From an uncultured delta proteobacterium (lineage in GTDB: Bacteria; Myxococcota_A; Polyangia; Polyangiales; JAFGIB01): DNA of 64,000 nt. Each line of letters opens with the position of its first letter. The first letter of the stretch is position 1. Where the stretch lies: assembly GCA_963778655.1 (NCBI GenBank), contig CAVZVA010000005.1, positions 160,001 to 224,000 on the forward strand, in the 5' to 3' direction. Below the pieces are notes generated by a model. The model ran no database searches and was not told the DNA's origin. It saw only the letters and a list, made by a program, of their open reading frames with translations. This document shows positions 59,602-64,000 of this stretch, piece after piece. A program made the translations under genes and the position numbers.

Positions 59602-60036
59602 ATGCCTACTCACAGCGCAAAGCCGTCCGAAGTCGACCGCAAGTGGTGGGTCGTCGACGCCGCTGATCAGCCGCTCGGGCGGCTGGCGTCGCAGGTGGCG
59701 TCGGTGCTTCGCGGCAAGCACAAGCCGACTTTCACCCCGCACATGGACGCCGGCGACTTCGTGATCGTGGTCAACGCGGAACGGGTCAAGCTCACGGGCA
59801 ACAAGCTCGACGGCAAGTTCTTCCGCACCCACTCGGGCATCCCCGGCGGCTTCAAGCAGCGCCCCTATCGCTACATGCTCGCGCACCACGCCGAACGCGC
59901 GGTCCAGCGTGCGGTGGTCGGCATGCTGCCCAAGGGTCCGCTCGGGCGCCGCGTGGCGTCCAAGCTCAAGGTCTACGTCGGCGCCACCCATCCGCACGCC
60001 GCCCAACAGCCCGCGGCACTTCCCCTGAAGTCTTGA
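59602..60036 (+). CDS. rplM: 50S ribosomal protein L13
   Basis: [41 protein letters not shown]. Confidence 0.98.
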   Translation: MPTHSAKPSEVDRKWWVVDAADQPLGRLASQVASVLRGKHKPTFTPHMDAGDFVIVVNAERVKLTGNKLDGKFFRTHSGIPGGFKQRPYRYMLAHHAERAVQRAVVGMLPKGPLGRRVASKLKVYVGATHPHAAQQPAALPLKS

Positions 60037-60049
60037 GTCGAAGGTAACG

Positions 60050-60448
60050 ATGGCCACCATCCACGGCAAAGCCTATGGCACCGGTCGGCGCAAGAACGCG
60101 GTCGCCCGCGTGTTCCTGCGTCCTGGCAGCGGCAGCATCACGGTCAACGGGCGACCGGTGGCGGAGTACTTTCCGCGCCAGACCTCGCAGATGATCGTGC
60201 GCCAGCCGCTCGAGCTGGTGGAGAAGGCTGGCGAGCTCGACGTCACCGTCAACGTGTGTGGCGGCGGCGAGTCGGGACAGGCAGGCGCCGTGCGCCACGG
60301 CATCTCGCGCGCGCTGCTGGTGATCGACGTGGGGCTGCGTCCCAAGCTCAAGGAAAACGGCTTCCTGACGCGCGACGCCCGCAAGAAGGAGCGCAAGAAG
60401 CCCGGCCAGCCCGGCGCCCGCAAGCGCTTCCAATACAGCAAGCGTTGA
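60050..60448 (+). CDS. rpsI: 30S ribosomal protein S9
   Basis: [27 protein letters not shown] end. Confidence 0.98.
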   Translation: MATIHGKAYGTGRRKNAVARVFLRPGSGSITVNGRPVAEYFPRQTSQMIVRQPLELVEKAGELDVTVNVCGGGESGQAGAVRHGISRALLVIDVGLRPKLKENGFLTRDARKKERKKPGQPGARKRFQYSKR

Positions 60449-60473
60449 GTTATCGGGAGGATCATCGGCTGCG

Positions 60474-61364
60474 ATGATCCGGGTGCTGCACTTCAGCGAT
60501 GTGCACGTCGACGTCGCGTTGCGGGCGCTGCCGGCGCGGGAGCTGCTGGGCAAGCGCGCGCTCGGTGCCGTGAACCTGCTCTTGCGCCGCAAGCGGCGTT
60601 TCGCGGCCGCGCGCAGCAAGCTCGAAGCGCTCGCGCGCTTCGCCGAGCGCGAGGCGATCGATCTCGTGATCTGCACCGGCGACTACACCGCGCTCGGCAC
60701 GCTGCCCGAGCTGCAGGCCGCGCGGGCTGCGGTCGAGCCGCTCACGCGCAGGCCGCGCGGCTTCGTCACCGTGCCCGGCAACCACGACCTCTACATGCCC
60801 GACACCGTCGCCGATCGCCGCTTCGCGCGGGTGTTCGGCGATCTGCTGGGCACCGACTGGCCGGAGCACGCGGTCGACGACGGCTGGCCTGCGGTTCGCC
60901 TGTACGAGCCCGGGCTGGCGGTGGTCACGGTCAACAGCGCGCGCCCGAACCCGCAGCCGTGGCGCTCGAGCGGCCGCATCCCGCAGGCGCAGCTCGACGC
61001 CTTGCCCGTCCTGCTCGCCGATTCCCGGCTGCGGGAGCGCGCCGTCCTGCTGGCCACACACTACGCGCCGCGGCGCCGCGACGGCACCCCCGATCGCTTT
61101 TCGCACGGGCTCGAGAACGCCGACGCGCTGCTGCGCATCTGCGCCGCGGTGCCGCGGTGCGCGATCCTCCACGGCCACATCCACCGCTGCTATCACCTGC
61201 TGCCGCCCGGGGGTCCGCACTTGTTCGGCGCCGGCAGCGCGACCGACGAGGGGCGCGAAGGCTTGTGGCTGTTCGAGGTTTCGCCCGGGCGCGTGCACGC
61301 CTGGCCCGGCCACTTCGCGGGCGGCGATTATCAGCTCGACCGCACGCGCGCGGTCGAGCTCTGA
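60474..61364 (+). CDS. Calcineurin-like metallophosphoesterase (CpdA/Icc-like)
   Basis: SDVH, TGDYT, PGNHD, HGHIH. Confidence 0.88.
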   Translation: MIRVLHFSDVHVDVALRALPARELLGKRALGAVNLLLRRKRRFAAARSKLEALARFAEREAIDLVICTGDYTALGTLPELQAARAAVEPLTRRPRGFVTVPGNHDLYMPDTVADRRFARVFGDLLGTDWPEHAVDDGWPAVRLYEPGLAVVTVNSARPNPQPWRSSGRIPQAQLDALPVLLADSRLRERAVLLATHYAPRRRDGTPDRFSHGLENADALLRICAAVPRCAILHGHIHRCYHLLPPGGPHLFGAGSATDEGREGLWLFEVSPGRVHAWPGHFAGGDYQLDRTRAVEL

Positions 61365-61533
61365 GCCCGGTTTCGCCCTTCTGGGGCGGATGATCGCGCA
61401 GGATAGGGGGGTTCAAGGCGTTTGGTGCGACGCAGGAAGGGTAGGTCGCCTTTCAAAGAGCAGGGGACGGCCCGAAAAGCGCTGCACAAGTGAGGGCCGC
61501 TGGAAAGCGGGCGAAACCCGAGTCTGAGCCCGC

Positions 61534-61565
61534 AGCTGTCGGTGCACCGCTTCGGCAGCTTTTTT
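61534..61565 (+). terminator. Possible intrinsic terminator
   Basis: AGCTGTCG...CGGCAGCT stem followed by TTTTT. Confidence 0.5.
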
Positions 61566-61625
61566 GGGGGCTGATCGGCTGCTCTCCTACAATGTGGGAC
61601 AGGCGCTTGTCGCGCGGAGGTTGCC

Positions 61626-62279
61626 ATGTCCCCCTCGATCGCATCCATCGGCTCACGGCGCAGCGCGCTGCGCCGCGCCGTGCGCATGGAATGCCAGGTG
61701 CTGAGCGCGCTCTGGGACGAGATCGCGCCGCTGATGGCCACCAACCTGTCGCCCTACGGGCTATGGCTCGACAGCGGGCTGGCGCTCGACGAGGGCGAGG
61801 AGGTGGTGGTGAGCTTCCGGCCGCCCGGCTGGCCCGACCACGGCTGGCCGGTGACCGCGATGGCCGAGGTGGTGCGCGTGCAGCTCTCGCGCCGTCAGGC
61901 CGACAGCGGTCCGGCGGGCATGGGCCTGCGCTTCATCGATCTCGACGCCCAAGAGGGCGCGCGCATCAGCGGGCTGCTGCGCGGGCTACCCCCACCCCTG
62001 CCGCCTCCGCGCATTGCGGCCGAGGCGGTGCTGCAAGTCGACGGCTTCGAGCTCGAGTGGCGGGCGGAGGGACCGCTGCTCGGCGCCGCGCGCGCGCCCA
62101 GCGTGCCGCTTGCGACCGCCACGCGACCGCCGCGTGCCCCCGCCGCGCCGATCGCGCAACGCCTGCGTGTGCGCGCGCACGCCGACCGCCGCCGCTTTCG
62201 CCCCCGCCTTCCGCTGCGTGCGCCCGCGCCCGGAGTCGCAGCCACGCCGCGCAAAGCTCGCCTGCGCCTGGTCGGCTGA
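61626..62279 (+). CDS. PilZ domain protein
   Basis: RSALR (RxxxR), NLSPYG, AEVVRV, GMGLRF; GGAGG RBS. Confidence 0.8.
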   Translation: MSPSIASIGSRRSALRRAVRMECQVLSALWDEIAPLMATNLSPYGLWLDSGLALDEGEEVVVSFRPPGWPDHGWPVTAMAEVVRVQLSRRQADSGPAGMGLRFIDLDAQEGARISGLLRGLPPPLPPPRIAAEAVLQVDGFELEWRAEGPLLGAARAPSVPLATATRPPRAPAAPIAQRLRVRAHADRRRFRPRLPLRAPAPGVAATPRKARLRLVG

Positions 62280-62299
62280 GCGCCGGGCTGAGCCGCCAG

Positions 62300-62671
62300 T
62301 CAGTCGTCGCGCAGGTAGGCCACCGTACGCACCAGCGCGACCACCTGCTCGCGCCGTTCCGCGGTGAGCTGGGTGAAACGCACGCCCATGCCCGGATTGA
62401 TGTTCTCGCCCAGCGGCCGGTAGGGGTTGATCCAGGCGACCTCGCCGTCGAGCACGAGCGGGTCCGCGTCGTCGACGTGGAAGCGCAGCCGCAGCCGCGT
62501 GCCGACGCTCAGCGGCTGCTCGGTGCGGATGAAGATGCCCATCTCGCTGATGTTCGTCAGGTACGCGAACAGAAACGTGTCCCCGCTCGCATAGTCGACT
62601 GCGATCGAGGTGTCGAAGCGTTGATGCTCGCGCCGTTCGGCGCCGCCGCCGTCATCTTCGTCGAAGGACAT
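62300..62671 (-). CDS. TIGR02266-family stand-alone PilZ protein
   Basis: ERREHQR, NISEMGIFI, GEVAWIN, PGMGVRF. Confidence 0.9.
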   Translation of the reverse strand: MSFDEDDGGGAERREHQRFDTSIAVDYASGDTFLFAYLTNISEMGIFIRTEQPLSVGTRLRLRFHVDDADPLVLDGEVAWINPYRPLGENINPGMGVRFTQLTAERREQVVALVRTVAYLRDD

Positions 62672-62698
62672 GGGTCTCGTCCGGGTTCTTGCATCGGG

Positions 62699-64000
62699 TC
62701 AGCGAATACGCAAGACCCCCGCGATCACCCGATTGGCGTTGTCCTTGGGTCCCTCCGTCACGGGCATGCGCGTGTCGCCCTCGTAAAACCCCACGTAGAT
62801 GGTGTAGGGGCCGGGCGGATAGGTGGGAGGCACCTCCAGGTTCTGGCGATCGATGATCACGTCGCCCGGGTCCCACAGCCGCACCGGGTACTGGCCGTCG
62901 ACCGGGTCGTGGTCGCCGTGGATGCGCATGGTCTCGGCGTCGATGTGCACGAACACGCGGTAGTTGCCCGCCGGCCGCAGCGCCTTGAAGTACCAGGTGA
63001 GCTCGAAGTACTCGCCGGCGCCCACGTGGTCGCCGTGCGGCACCCGCAGGTCGTAACCGAGCAGCTCGATGCTGTCGTCGAAGCGAGCGTGCAGCGGGTG
63101 CTTGATTGGCGGCGCCTCGCGTTTGACGAACTCCGACAGAAAGCTCTGATCCCTGCGGCCCGGAACCGCAAGGTTGCTCGCCAGCAAGACGCGCGCGTTG
63201 CGGGCATCCGCCACGAACAGGTGGTGGCCGGTGCGCGCGCGGAACATGCGGTCGATGCTGGGCAGGTCGGCGCTCGGAAATACCGCCCAGCGCCGCTCTG
63301 GCGAGATTAGCTGCTTCATCAGCTGGCCGAGCGTCTCCACCTCGGCTGCGGCGCCCTTGGCGTAATACGCCGCGGCGCGCGCGCCGACCTTGTACTCGAC
63401 CAGCGTCTCGCCCGAGCCCGCGAGCTGGTTGTAGGTCTCGTAGACCTCGCGCGGCGAGAAGTGCGCGCTCAGCGCCGGCATGAAGCCGAACGCCGCATAG
63501 CCGCCGACGCAGGCCCCGGCGACCAGCACGGGCAGGCTGCGGCGGTCGCGCAGCTTGGCGTAGGCGTAGAGCATCAGCTGCGCCGCCACCACCAGCAGTG
63601 GAATCGCGAGCGCGACCAGCAGCAGCGCCTTGCCGACCTTGACCGCCAGCGTGGTGAACAGCGCCGCGAGCGGCGGAATCAGACACATCAGCCCAAACAC
63701 CGCACACGCCAGCAGTGCGCTGCCGAGCGCCAGCAGCCACAGCTTGTCGGCGAGCCCACGCCGCCATTGCTGCTGGATCAAGCGGTAGGGCCCGGCCAGC
63801 GCCAGCCCGCCGCCGTCGGCCTCGTGCGCGCCCAGCGCGAGCACGGCGGCGACGCAGAACAGCCCGATCAGCGCAGCCCAGTGCCCGCTCGGGTTGAACA
63901 CGTCGGGTACGGTGAAATCCGCCAGCGGCATGCCGTGCACCGGGCCGATCGGATACAGCGCGTAGTCGCGGATCAGCAGCAGGCCCAGCAGCAGCGCGCC
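62699..64000 (-). CDS. Membrane protein, probably ArnT/GT39-like with C-terminal periplasmic beta domain; 5' part lies outside the window
   Basis: Multiple TM segments then RFDDSIELLGYDL...YRVFVH...DHDP..G.YP...W.PGD. Confidence 0.6.
   Translation of the reverse strand, partial: GALLLGLLLIRDYALYPIGPVHGMPLADFTVPDVFNPSGHWAALIGLFCVAAVLALGAHEADGGGLALAGPYRLIQQQWRRGLADKLWLLALGSALLACAVFGLMCLIPPLAALFTTLAVKVGKALLLVALAIPLLVVAAQLMLYAYAKLRDRRSLPVLVAGACVGGYAAFGFMPALSAHFSPREVYETYNQLAGSGETLVEYKVGARAAAYYAKGAAAEVETLGQLMKQLISPERRWAVFPSADLPSIDRMFRARTGHHLFVADARNARVLLASNLAVPGRRDQSFLSEFVKREAPPIKHPLHARFDDSIELLGYDLRVPHGDHVGAGEYFELTWYFKALRPAGNYRVFVHIDAETMRIHGDHDPVDGQYPVRLWDPGDVIIDRQNLEVPPTYPPGPYTIYVGFYEGDTRMPVTEGPKDNANRVIAGVLRIR

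Noticed and set aside
61480..61565. c-di-GMP-I riboswitch or hammerhead ribozyme call
   Set aside because: Only superficial GAAA/CTGA similarity; the conserved cores could not be matched, so it is kept as an unassigned candidate

Overview
High-GC (about 70% by eye) bacterial chromosome segment, most likely Myxococcota (Polyangiales-like), judged from TIGR02266-type PilZ proteins, AgmX/PglI-type domains, PEGA-TPR proteins, a TSP3-OmpA protein and a Ser/Thr kinase-NTPase fusion. About 56 genes, mostly core or envelope functions: rluD, a surface-protein region (0.7-12.7 kb), acyl-CoA dehydrogenase, a merR-SBP-livF-livG-acyl-CoA synthetase-livH-livM-ddl run, nudC, purF, a PEP-utilizer/RluA pair, rnhA, glycan genes, a REC-GGDEF cyclase, rpoN-hpf-ptsN-rapZ-ptsH-ptsI and rplM-rpsI. 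I saw no rRNA, tRNA, CRISPR array, transposase, integrase or recognisable defence system. Most notable observations: (1) a family of intergenic repeats built from three tandem 8-mers (ACAGGAAG-GCGG[C/G]AAG-ACGGGAAG) at six loci, some as inverted pairs; (2) a large membrane TPR protein with 29 consecutive Ser/Thr-Pro-Gly hexapeptide repeats; (3) a lipoprotein with an FG-repeat-like low-complexity tail; (4) a near-consensus sigma-54 site directly upstream of rpoN; (5) an RPH-like phosphotransferase coupled to a frameshifted RluA; (6) a candidate structured RNA upstream of a PilZ gene; (7) several enzymes with degenerate catalytic motifs. All family assignments come from motif recognition by eye, not database searches, and novelty is unverified.
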